64,000 bases of DNA from a virus, in the IMG/VR virus record IMGVR_UViG_3300017963_000201, positions 32,001-96,000 of that record. One strand, written 5' to 3'. The number at the start of each line of letters is the position of its first letter. The stretch's first letter is position 1. Below the pieces are notes generated by a model. That model was not told the origin of the DNA. It did not search any database and saw nothing but the letters and a program-made list of their open reading frames with translations. The position numbers and the translations under genes were made by a program. Below are positions 41,380 through 48,622 of the stretch, piece by piece.

Positions 41380-41554
41380 TGACGAAACAGTAGAAATCGA
41401 AATAGTGAATAAAGTACATGAAACCGATCATGCTGTCTTGTTCAATATCGAAGGTGATGAATTTTGGATTCCCAAGTCAGTAATTGATGATATGGACGAA
41501 TGCATGGTTGTGGTGCAAAAATGGTTTGCAAAAAAGGAAGGATTTATCGAATGA
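41369..41554 (+). CDS. Small conserved phage protein
   Basis: HETDHAVL..WIPKS..KWFA motif. Confidence 0.6.
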   Translation: MSYDDETVEIEIVNKVHETDHAVLFNIEGDEFWIPKSVIDDMDECMVVVQKWFAKKEGFIE

Positions 41555-42096
41555 AAATTAGAAGTTTTCTATCGTATAGTTCCTATGTAATAAAGCACAA
41601 ATGGTATGTTTTTTTAGAGTGCTGTAAACGAGGTATACCTATTCGTGGGTTGCTTCATGATTGGCATAAATTTTTACCTGACGAGTTTATCCCCTATATG
41701 AACTACTTTGGTCCTAAAGGGATTCAAAGAGGTAGAAATAAAACTGGCTACTATAAGCCAAACGATACAGGGGATAGTGCTTTTGACCGAGCTTTTTTTC
41801 TACATCAAAAACGCGGAAGCCACCATTGGCAATACTGGGTGATGCCTCTTTCTAAAGAAGAAAACACAGAAGGTATGCGGATTTTTGAGATGCCACCTAA
41901 AGCGAGATTAGAAATGCTATGCGATTTTTACGGGGCAAGCCGTGCCCAAAAAAGTACAGGAACAGTGCGTGATTGGTATTTACAAAATGGTAGTAAGTTA
42001 GTTTTGCATCCAAATACTAGGCAATGGTTAGAAGATAAGCTAAACATTAATACGGGAGAAGAAAATGTGCGACCTATTCGTGTTCAAAAATCCTGA
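41551..42096 (+). CDS. HD-like (DUF5662-type) protein
   Basis: HKWYV, LHDWHK, HHWQYW, EMLCD. Confidence 0.65.
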   Translation: MKIRSFLSYSSYVIKHKWYVFLECCKRGIPIRGLLHDWHKFLPDEFIPYMNYFGPKGIQRGRNKTGYYKPNDTGDSAFDRAFFLHQKRGSHHWQYWVMPLSKEENTEGMRIFEMPPKARLEMLCDFYGASRAQKSTGTVRDWYLQNGSKLVLHPNTRQWLEDKLNINTGEENVRPIRVQKS

Positions 42097-42442
42097 CGGT
42101 ATGGTAGTATTTGCTGTAAGACTAGCAAATAATAAATTAATGACGGCAGCAGCTTGCTGCAATCCTCTTGATTTAAATACCCCAAAAAGGATAAGGACAA
42201 AACGAGCAATAGCTATCGCTACTAACAGACTGAAGAGATACCGTCTGGCTTTAATAATCCCACCACAGTTAGATCTTAATAAACCAATTTCTGAACAAAG
42301 AAAAATTGTTTGGGATTATCTAAGAGAGCATTTGTTAAGATATAAACAACATAATATGGGGTTACGAAGATATCAAGGAGATCCAGAAAAAAGCGAATTC
42401 CATAAATGGTTGGGGAAATTCGTAAAACACTATGAGAGGTAG
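42065..42442 (+). CDS. Hypothetical protein
   Basis: ORF with RBS GGAG. Confidence 0.5.
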   Translation: MCDLFVFKNPDGMVVFAVRLANNKLMTAAACCNPLDLNTPKRIRTKRAIAIATNRLKRYRLALIIPPQLDLNKPISEQRKIVWDYLREHLLRYKQHNMGLRRYQGDPEKSEFHKWLGKFVKHYER

Positions 42443-42444
42443 GT

Positions 42445-43053
42445 ATGTTTATTGTCATCGAGGGTATTGACGGATCTGGAACGACTACACAAACAAAGCT
42501 ATTAGCAAGTTACATCAATAAGCAAAAAGGTCAAGTAGCGATTGAAACAAAAGAGCCCACAGAACAAACTGTTGGAAGATTAATCAGAGAGATCCTAAGA
42601 AACAAATGGATTAAGATTAATGAATTGAGTATGGCCTTATTGTTTGCTGCAGATCGACTGGATCATATGGAACGTATGGAGCAACATTTGGATAGAGGAC
42701 TGCATATCGTATGTGATCGCTACCTCCATTCTTCTTTATGCTATCAGGGAACCCAGGAAACTTTAGACTTTGTTGCAGCAATAAACGCAAAAGCAAAAAT
42801 ACCTGACGTGACGTATATTTTAGAAATTGATCCAAAGATAGCCCATGAAAGAATCCTCTCTCGGGGCGAACAAGAACAACGATATGATGCTATAGAAAAG
42901 CAAAAACAAATAGCAGACAACTACGATAAAGTATTAAGATCTATGTTTGATGCTAATAAGTTAGTATATCTTCAAGGGGACCGCCCAAAAGATCAGGTAC
43001 ACAAGGACATAGTAAATGATTTTAATAAAAGGATAGGTAATGGTAAAGTTTAG
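42445..43053 (+). CDS. tmk: Thymidylate kinase
   Basis: IEGIDGSGTTTQ P-loop, KEP, LLFAADR, CDRY..SSLCYQG. Confidence 0.92.
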   Translation: MFIVIEGIDGSGTTTQTKLLASYINKQKGQVAIETKEPTEQTVGRLIREILRNKWIKINELSMALLFAADRLDHMERMEQHLDRGLHIVCDRYLHSSLCYQGTQETLDFVAAINAKAKIPDVTYILEIDPKIAHERILSRGEQEQRYDAIEKQKQIADNYDKVLRSMFDANKLVYLQGDRPKDQVHKDIVNDFNKRIGNGKV

Positions 43054-43372
43054 AAAACCGATACCAACAATTGAAAAAGAATTCAATATAGAAGAGCATG
43101 TACCCCCAAGGGAAGAGATACCCAAAGAGTTTAAGACATTTATAGGCCAAAGAAACAAATGGGTAGTTGCCGCTGAGGATTGGTTCTATTTTGGGCTATC
43201 CAAGGACAGTCTTAAACCTAAAGATGGTATTGATCTAAATGCCGCACTTATACATCTACAACGATTACTCCACTCTTTTAGTCTAGAGCACAACCACAAA
43301 ATAGCTGCGGCATCTTACCTAATGTCTTTGTGGTTTCAGGAATATACCCCGAGCAAAAGAGATATACCCTAG
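43040..43372 (+). CDS. Hypothetical phage protein
   Basis: ORF in operon. Confidence 0.55.
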   Translation: MVKFRKPIPTIEKEFNIEEHVPPREEIPKEFKTFIGQRNKWVVAAEDWFYFGLSKDSLKPKDGIDLNAALIHLQRLLHSFSLEHNHKIAAASYLMSLWFQEYTPSKRDIP

Positions 43373-43463
43373 TGCGGGGTACTGTGTCAAGCCAATTCTT
43401 AATGTTTAGGAAAGTGCCTAGAACCTAAATCTTTTTCCTTGAAAAAATTAATCTTTTTATTGC

Positions 43464-43491
43464 TTGACGTACCCAAAAACTTTTGTATTAT
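43464..43491 (+). promoter_or_regulatory. sigma70 promoter of the ncRNA/tRNA operon
   Basis: TTGACG-N16-TATTAT with AT-rich upstream element. Confidence 0.65.
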
Positions 43492-43519
43492 ACACTAAGC
43501 AGCACAAAGAATGATAAGG

Positions 43520-43532
43520 GATCTTTGACAAT
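43520..43532 (+). promoter_or_regulatory. boxA antitermination element (rRNA-operon type)
   Basis: GATCTTTGACAAT ~25 nt after predicted TSS. Confidence 0.6.
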
Positions 43533-43543
43533 CGGTTGTGGTT

Positions 43544-43651
43544 TTCCCTCTGGGATCTTTAACTCTTTTCGCTTGGACGTTTTAGTCATGCCAGAGGGAA
43601 TTAATGTGCCCTTGTTCCGGTAACGCTAGGCACGGGACCCTAACAAGGGTA
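43544..43651 (+). ncRNA. Two stem/large-loop RNA elements
   Basis: TTCCCTCTGG/CCAGAGGGAA (43544-43600); TGCCCTTGTT/AACAAGGGTA (43607-43651). Confidence 0.5.
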
Positions 43652-43657
43652 GCCTTT

Positions 43658-43794
43658 GGGCAAATGCTGTATGGCACTCCATAGCTTATATAAGTTCGAA
43701 TCTTATTATACCCTTCGGGGTATATAGCCTAACTGGTAAGGCAGCTTCTTATAAAGAAGCCAAGCGAAAATGTGCCACACAATACTTGTTGCCC
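43658..43794 (+). ncRNA. Y RNA 1 (YrlA-like) with permuted tRNA opened in the variable arm
   Basis: GGGCAA-ATG..CTTG-TTGCCC terminal helix; order T arm, acceptor closed by cUUCGg, D arm, anticodon arm (loop TTATAAA). Confidence 0.8.
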
Positions 43795-43809
43795 TTTATT
43801 AGTCAGATT

Positions 43810-43883
43810 TCTTGCTGAATGCAGTTTATGATTACATTTTTGTGTAAAAAAATCAGATCACAAACTAATCCTTGTCAGCAAGA
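43810..43883 (+). ncRNA. Y RNA 2 (minimal, no tRNA module)
   Basis: TCTTGCTGA-ATGCAG..GATTACATT..CCTTG-TCAGCAAGA; same conserved motifs as the other Y RNAs. Confidence 0.7.
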
Positions 43884-43892
43884 TTAATCCTT

Positions 43893-44123
43893 GGGGATCT
43901 AAATGCGCGTCAGGATTACATTGCACTTAACTGTTAATTAAGAGGTTGTTGGTTCGAGTCCAACCTGGCCCATCTCCGCTAGTGGGGGTAGGAATCCATG
44001 TCATAGGTTTACAGTCCCTCCCGTATGCTTGTGGCTTCCGCTCTTTTCTTACCCTCACTTTTATGGGCCAGTAGCTCAATTGGTAGAGATAATATGGTCT
44101 TGGCAAATACTTGTTAGATTCCC
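43893..44123 (+). ncRNA. Y RNA 3 containing permuted tRNA-Asn(GTT) with ~90-nt insert in acceptor loop
   Basis: GGGGATCTAA/TTAGATTCCC helix; anticodon arm CTTAA-CTGTTAA-TTAAG, T arm, CTGGCCC..GGGCCAG, D arm. Confidence 0.8.
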
Positions 44124-44135
44124 TTTTTATTATAA

Positions 44136-44363
44136 AATAACTGCATAAGAACGTACACTAACTTAATAAAAATTTTCGATGCACGCCTGCTCTACTCTTA
44201 TGCAGTTATTATTTTTTGGGGCATTCAGTTTTGTTTAAATATTTGGGGCAATAAAAATATTTCCTGAGTGCCTCTCTTAATTGTACTAAGAAATCGACGT
44301 TGACCATCCTTACCCCGCATCCCTACCTCAGCTTTCTAGACTTCCCTGGCAACGTCGATTTCT
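44136..44363 (+). ncRNA. Three stem/large-loop RNA elements
   Basis: Stems 44136-44210 (15 bp), 44218-44274 (11 bp), 44289-44363 (14 bp) separated by U-rich spacers. Confidence 0.55.
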
Positions 44364-44369
44364 AATTTT

Positions 44370-44464
44370 GGAGCGTCCGAAGCGTGACTGGATCATTTAA
44401 CATCCAAAAAATCAGCACTAGTTTTTACTTTGGAGTCTAGTATGCCTTCTGTGGATAACGTCTT
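44370..44464 (+). ncRNA. Possible further Y-like RNA
   Basis: GTCCGAAG 5' motif; GCGTGACTGGA/TCTAGTATGC stem; 3' motif deviates. Confidence 0.35.
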
Positions 44465-44530
44465 TAATTTGATTATGGCTTTATTTGCTTCCTGGATTAT
44501 AGTAGTATTTATAGCATCGCACTTTGGCAA

Positions 44531-44603
44531 GGGGCACTAGCCTAACGGATAAGGCATCGGCCTTCTAAGCCGACCAATCGGGGTTCGATTCCTCGGTGTC
44601 CCG
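44531..44603 (+). tRNA. tRNA-Arg(TCT)
   Basis: Full cloverleaf, loop CTTCTAA, no encoded CCA. Confidence 0.92.
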
Positions 44604-44614
44604 TAGGAGATGCT

Positions 44615-44800
44615 ATGAATGATAAGGAAATCGTTGCGGAGCTAAGAAGAATTGGATCTGATGTTTTGAATAAACTTTGGAAAGCTCACCATGATTATCA
44701 TTTCAAAACCATAGATGCCCAAGAGTTTATCAAAATATTTAAACAAGCTGTAGCTAAGTTTAATGAAGCAAATACTATCATAGAAAGAGAAAGACATTAG
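44615..44800 (+). CDS. Small hypothetical protein between tRNAs
   Basis: RBS AGGAG, 61 aa. Confidence 0.55.
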   Translation: MNDKEIVAELRRIGSDVLNKLWKAHHDYHFKTIDAQEFIKIFKQAVAKFNEANTIIERERH

Positions 44801-44883
44801 GCTGCTGTGACGGAATGGTATACGTATCAGACTTAAAATCTGATGCCCAGATGGGATTGAGGGTTCGAGTCCCCCCAGCAGCA
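44801..44883 (+). tRNA. tRNA-Leu(TAA)
   Basis: Cloverleaf with long variable arm, loop CTTAAAA. Confidence 0.92.
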
Positions 44884-44886
44884 TAC

Positions 44887-44970
44887 GGATCGGTGCCCGA
44901 GCTGGTCAAAGGGGACGGGCTGTAAACCCGTTGTCATGTGGCTACGATGGTTCGAATCCATCCCGATCCA
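44887..44970 (+). tRNA. tRNA-Tyr(GTA)
   Basis: Cloverleaf with long variable arm, loop CTGTAAA. Confidence 0.92.
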
Positions 44971-44980
44971 TATATAAGTC

Positions 44981-45119
44981 TTACTCCGAATGCAGTAAGA
45001 GATTACATTGCTCTTCGAAAGCCGTGGTTGCGGGTTCAAGTCCCGCTCCCCCGATTTCGGGGGATAGCTCAATTGGTAGAGCACGTAAAATAATCTCTTG
45101 CAACCCTTGTCGGAGTAAA
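44981..45119 (+). ncRNA. Y RNA 4 (YrlA-like) containing permuted tRNA-Arg(TCG)
   Basis: TTACTCCGA-ATG..CTTG-TCGGAGTAA helix; GCT-CTTCGAA-AGC, T arm, TCCCCCG-ATTT-CGGGGGA, D arm. Confidence 0.85.
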
Positions 45120-45133
45120 TTTTTGGAGGTTTT

Positions 45134-45718
45134 ATGAATACGCATATTGAGTACGAACGAAAGTTTTTGATTGGGAAGAGCGATTGGATGCACTATGTCT
45201 CTAAGACAGTTTACATAGTTCAAGGCTACCTGTCTTTTGATATCCCTAGTGTTCGTATTCGAAAACAATGCTCCGTAAATCAATGTGATAATTTATTTTG
45301 CAATCAATGCACCTTTGGGGATAAATTTACAATTCAACTATCGTACAATATAACAATTAAAGGTACTAAAAACAAAGAAGACCTAGCATGTAGGGATGAA
45401 TTTAACATACCTGTTAGCCCCACTATTGGAGATCATATTCTTCGCCAAGTAAAAAAAGATTTTATAGTTAAACAAAGACACTTTGTCAAATACGATGATA
45501 TCATTTGGACCATTGACGAGTTTAAGAGAGATAACCAAGATCTTATAGTAGCAGAGGTTGAGAATAGTAATAACTTACCAAAAGATGAATTTAATAAATC
45601 GGTAAATACTCATATGCCAACATGGGTACTAGAAGAAGTAACACAAGATCCAGATTATTTAAACGTAAATTTAGCTAGGCATCCCTATAACACATGGGAC
45701 TTAAACAAAAACAAATAA
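45134..45718 (+). CDS. CYTH (triphosphate tunnel) domain protein
   Basis: EYERKFL, QGYL, VRIR, WTIDEF, VAEVE, EVTQDPDYLN. Confidence 0.88.
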   Translation: MNTHIEYERKFLIGKSDWMHYVSKTVYIVQGYLSFDIPSVRIRKQCSVNQCDNLFCNQCTFGDKFTIQLSYNITIKGTKNKEDLACRDEFNIPVSPTIGDHILRQVKKDFIVKQRHFVKYDDIIWTIDEFKRDNQDLIVAEVENSNNLPKDEFNKSVNTHMPTWVLEEVTQDPDYLNVNLARHPYNTWDLNKNK

Positions 45719-45909
45719 CCGCAACCGATAAATTTATTAATGAGCTACAAAAATTAATAGGATCTAGAATTACTCAAATCGATCTTTGGTACAAAGATGG
45801 TATTATAAGAATGGAGTTCAGAGATAGAGAAGGCATCCAGGTAGACATTAAAAAAGGGCTAATAGAAATTTTTAAGGAAGATAAGTTAATACAAATAAAA
45901 ATATTTTAG
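45694..45909 (+). CDS. Hypothetical protein
   Basis: Operonic ORF. Confidence 0.45.
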   Translation: MGLKQKQITATDKFINELQKLIGSRITQIDLWYKDGIIRMEFRDREGIQVDIKKGLIEIFKEDKLIQIKIF

Positions 45910-45971
45910 GCAGCGGTAGTGTACTAATCTTTCCCAAAACAGTGTCAAATGTGTCCATGCCTATCGCTGCC
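45909..45971 (+). ncRNA. Stem/large-loop element directly upstream of rsr
   Basis: GGCAGCGGTAG/CTATCGCTGCC 11-bp stem. Confidence 0.45.
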
Positions 45972-45999
45972 ATTGTCCTCACAGAAAGGGGAATGCATT

Positions 46000-47553
46000 A
46001 TGAATAAACAAGTCTTCAAAACGACTAGAGGGAAAATACCCGAAAGGGCTAATACCTACAATAAGGCAGGAGGTAAAGCTTATACGAGATCCCCAGAGGC
46101 ATCTTTAGTACAGATGGCTTTGACAGGAACTTTCTATAATACGTTCTATTGCTCCGGTAGAGCACAACTGAACGAAACGATAGATTTGTGCAAAAAGGTA
46201 GATCCTAGATTCGTAGCACAGACAGCTATCTACGCAAGAAGCAAAGGGCTCATGAAAGATATGCCTATGTTTCTTTGTGCTCATTTAGCAAAAGAAGATC
46301 CTAAACTTTTGGAGCTGATCTTTCCACAGGTAATGAGCAATGGGATAGTCCTCAAGAAGTTTGTACACATGCTTAGGTCTGGGGTTGTCGGGCGTAAAAG
46401 TATGGGGACCACGATCAAAAGAGCTGTTACTAATTGGATCCAGAATCGATCTTACCATGGGTTGTTCCGAGACGCTATCGGTGGGGATGTCACGATTGCA
46501 GACATAATAAAAATGGTTCACCCCAGACCTCAAGATAAATCAAGAGAAGCGTTCTATGCTTATTTGATCGGTAAGAAATATAATCATGAATCACTGCCTA
46601 CTATTGTAAAAGAATATGAGGCTTTCAAAAAAGGAGAAACCAAAGAAGTACCCAATGTAGAGTTTCGTTACTTAACTTCTCTGAAACTGGGTAAAACCGA
46701 ATGGACCCAAATTGCCTTGAACGCCCCTTGGCATATGTGTCGAATGAACTTGAATACCTTTGATCGCCATGGGGTATTCAAGGATAAAAAAGTGACAAAA
46801 AGAATTGCCGACAAAATCAGGGACCGCGAATCAATAAGAAAGGTTGGCGTATTCCCCTACCAACTTTTGGCAGCATACAAAGCAGAGAAGGATTTGCCAC
46901 GAGAGATCATTGAGTCTCTGCACGATGCAATGGAAATCGCAACCAAGAATGTGCCCACTGTTGAAGGGAAAGTTGTATTGTGCCCGGACGTATCAGGTTC
47001 TATGCAAAGCTATAGCGTTACAGGGTCAAAAAATTCTAGTATAAAGCCGTTAGACGTTGCCGCTTTAGTTACAGCCGTGGTATTGAGAAATAACCCAGAC
47101 GCTTTGGTTTTACCCTTCGATACAGGATTACACAATATAAGACTCGAACCTAGAGATACGGTTATGACTAATGCAAACAAACTAGGGAGAATTTATGGTG
47201 GAGGTACCTCAGTAAGTGTACCCATGCGGTATCTTATAGACAAAAGGATCAAAGCCGATGTCATTATCTACATAAGCGACAACGAGTCTTGGGCAGATCC
47301 TTATCACCGAAGTACTGCTTTAGAAGGGTACTGGCAACAATTCAAATCAAAGAATAGAAACGCTAAACTTATTTGTATCGACACTTATGTAGAGAAAAAC
47401 GTACAGGCTAAAGATGCTCCAGATGTATTAAACATTGGTGGTTTTTCAGACAACGTTTTTACGCTAATAAATCTTTTTCTTAATGGAAGCATTGGTACTG
47501 AGGGTATCGTAAGCGAAGTCAAAAAAATTAACATGGGAGAGCGTGATGCCTAA
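46000..47553 (+). CDS. rsr: Ro60/TROVE RNA-binding protein (Rsr)
   Basis: NKAGGKAY, TGTFYNTFY, IKMVHPRP, RMNLNTF, VFPYQLL, vWA MIDAS DVSGSM, GGT, SDNESW, IGGFSD. Confidence 0.93.
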   Translation: MNKQVFKTTRGKIPERANTYNKAGGKAYTRSPEASLVQMALTGTFYNTFYCSGRAQLNETIDLCKKVDPRFVAQTAIYARSKGLMKDMPMFLCAHLAKEDPKLLELIFPQVMSNGIVLKKFVHMLRSGVVGRKSMGTTIKRAVTNWIQNRSYHGLFRDAIGGDVTIADIIKMVHPRPQDKSREAFYAYLIGKKYNHESLPTIVKEYEAFKKGETKEVPNVEFRYLTSLKLGKTEWTQIALNAPWHMCRMNLNTFDRHGVFKDKKVTKRIADKIRDRESIRKVGVFPYQLLAAYKAEKDLPREIIESLHDAMEIATKNVPTVEGKVVLCPDVSGSMQSYSVTGSKNSSIKPLDVAALVTAVVLRNNPDALVLPFDTGLHNIRLEPRDTVMTNANKLGRIYGGGTSVSVPMRYLIDKRIKADVIIYISDNESWADPYHRSTALEGYWQQFKSKNRNAKLICIDTYVEKNVQAKDAPDVLNIGGFSDNVFTLINLFLNGSIGTEGIVSEVKKINMGERDA

Positions 47554-48304
47554 ACTTCATGAATTATTGGCAGTAGAGTCAGATCTAAAAAATCAATTTG
47601 ATAAGATCTTGCAAGAGACTATTGTTACATTCACCAAAAAGCAAGATCATTTTATGGGCGTGCATAAGACTCTAAAAATGATCGATGATAATCGGGCTCA
47701 TGAGGAAGAAGCAGCTACTCAGTACAAAGAGCTTGATGATACCGTAGACGGTAAATTGGACTATACTTGGAAGTATGTTTCCAAGTATATTAATGCGATT
47801 CATCAGAAGGAAAGTACAAACCAAACTGCTAAAGCAGACCTGGTTGTGGAAGGTAAGGTTTTAGCCAAAGACCTTCCTGCCACTTTACTTTTGAGCATGG
47901 AATCGAAGCTAAAGTTTCTTCGTGGGGTCTACGAAAAGATACCCACGCTACAACCCGGAGTAAAGTGGGTACCAGATCCACAAAGAGGTAAAGGTGTGTT
48001 TCAGGCAGAGCCTCCAGAGATGACCCATAAAACGGAGAAGGATCTGAAATCGAAAACTCTGTTTGAGGGTAATAAAGAACACCCACCACAAATTGAAAAG
48101 TGGATGGAATCTTTCGTTGTGGGTACCTACACAAAAGATATGTGGTCTGGTATGTATTCTCCAGCCAAGAAGTCTGAGGTTTTGGGTAGATTGGATACCC
48201 TGATTCAAAGCATCAAAAAAGCCCGTATGCGTGCAAACGATACAGAGGTTTTGAAGACCGAAGTTAATCTTGCGGGTGCGTTGTATAGCTATTTGACAAA
48301 GTGA
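47546..48304 (+). CDS. Uncharacterised helical protein coupled to rsr
   Basis: 253 aa, overlaps rsr stop; MPKLHELLAVE..LPATLLL..IPTL..HPPQ..ARMRAN. Confidence 0.75.
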   Translation: MPKLHELLAVESDLKNQFDKILQETIVTFTKKQDHFMGVHKTLKMIDDNRAHEEEAATQYKELDDTVDGKLDYTWKYVSKYINAIHQKESTNQTAKADLVVEGKVLAKDLPATLLLSMESKLKFLRGVYEKIPTLQPGVKWVPDPQRGKGVFQAEPPEMTHKTEKDLKSKTLFEGNKEHPPQIEKWMESFVVGTYTKDMWSGMYSPAKKSEVLGRLDTLIQSIKKARMRANDTEVLKTEVNLAGALYSYLTK

Positions 48305-48312
48305 ACAAGCTT

Positions 48313-48622
48313 TGGGCCAGCATCATAATTAGTCTCTGTTGTTAATTTTGTCCTTGGTGTTTTGCCCACAGCTTTAAACCTAAAGACGGATCAATTACTG
48401 GGCATGAATAAAAACCGCGTGCAGTGCGGGTTCAAGTCCCGTTCCGACCACCATATGGTCGGATAGTTCAATGGTAGAACGCATGCTTGATCAGATTCTA
48501 AATCGTGTGCCAGGAAAGATTCGGTACAGGGGGCTCGCTGGATGCCCTGTATCCCAGCACTTGGGTGGGATTGCTGTTGTGAAAAATGGTGATTTTTTAT
48601 AGCGGGCAATCCCATCTCTTTT
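48313..48622 (+). ncRNA. Structured RNA with permuted tRNA-like module, ending in a terminator
   Basis: T arm 48426-42, acceptor TCCGACC-ACCA-TAT-GGTCGGA, D arm 48466-80, closed by GCGTGC/GCATGC; several flanking stems; hairpin+U tract at 48564-48622. Confidence 0.75.

Noticed and set aside
43556-43590. Minus-strand mini-ORF MTKTSKRKELKI within the first hairpin loop
   Set aside because: No RBS or promoter support; the loop is better explained by pairing with Y RNA 1
44642-45283. Minus-strand and short ORFs over the tRNA cluster
   Set aside because: Shadows of tRNA and Y RNA genes
48313-48622. Two-piece (permuted) tmRNA
   Set aside because: Acceptor has U3-A70 rather than G3-U70, a paired D stem is present, and no tag ORF is evident
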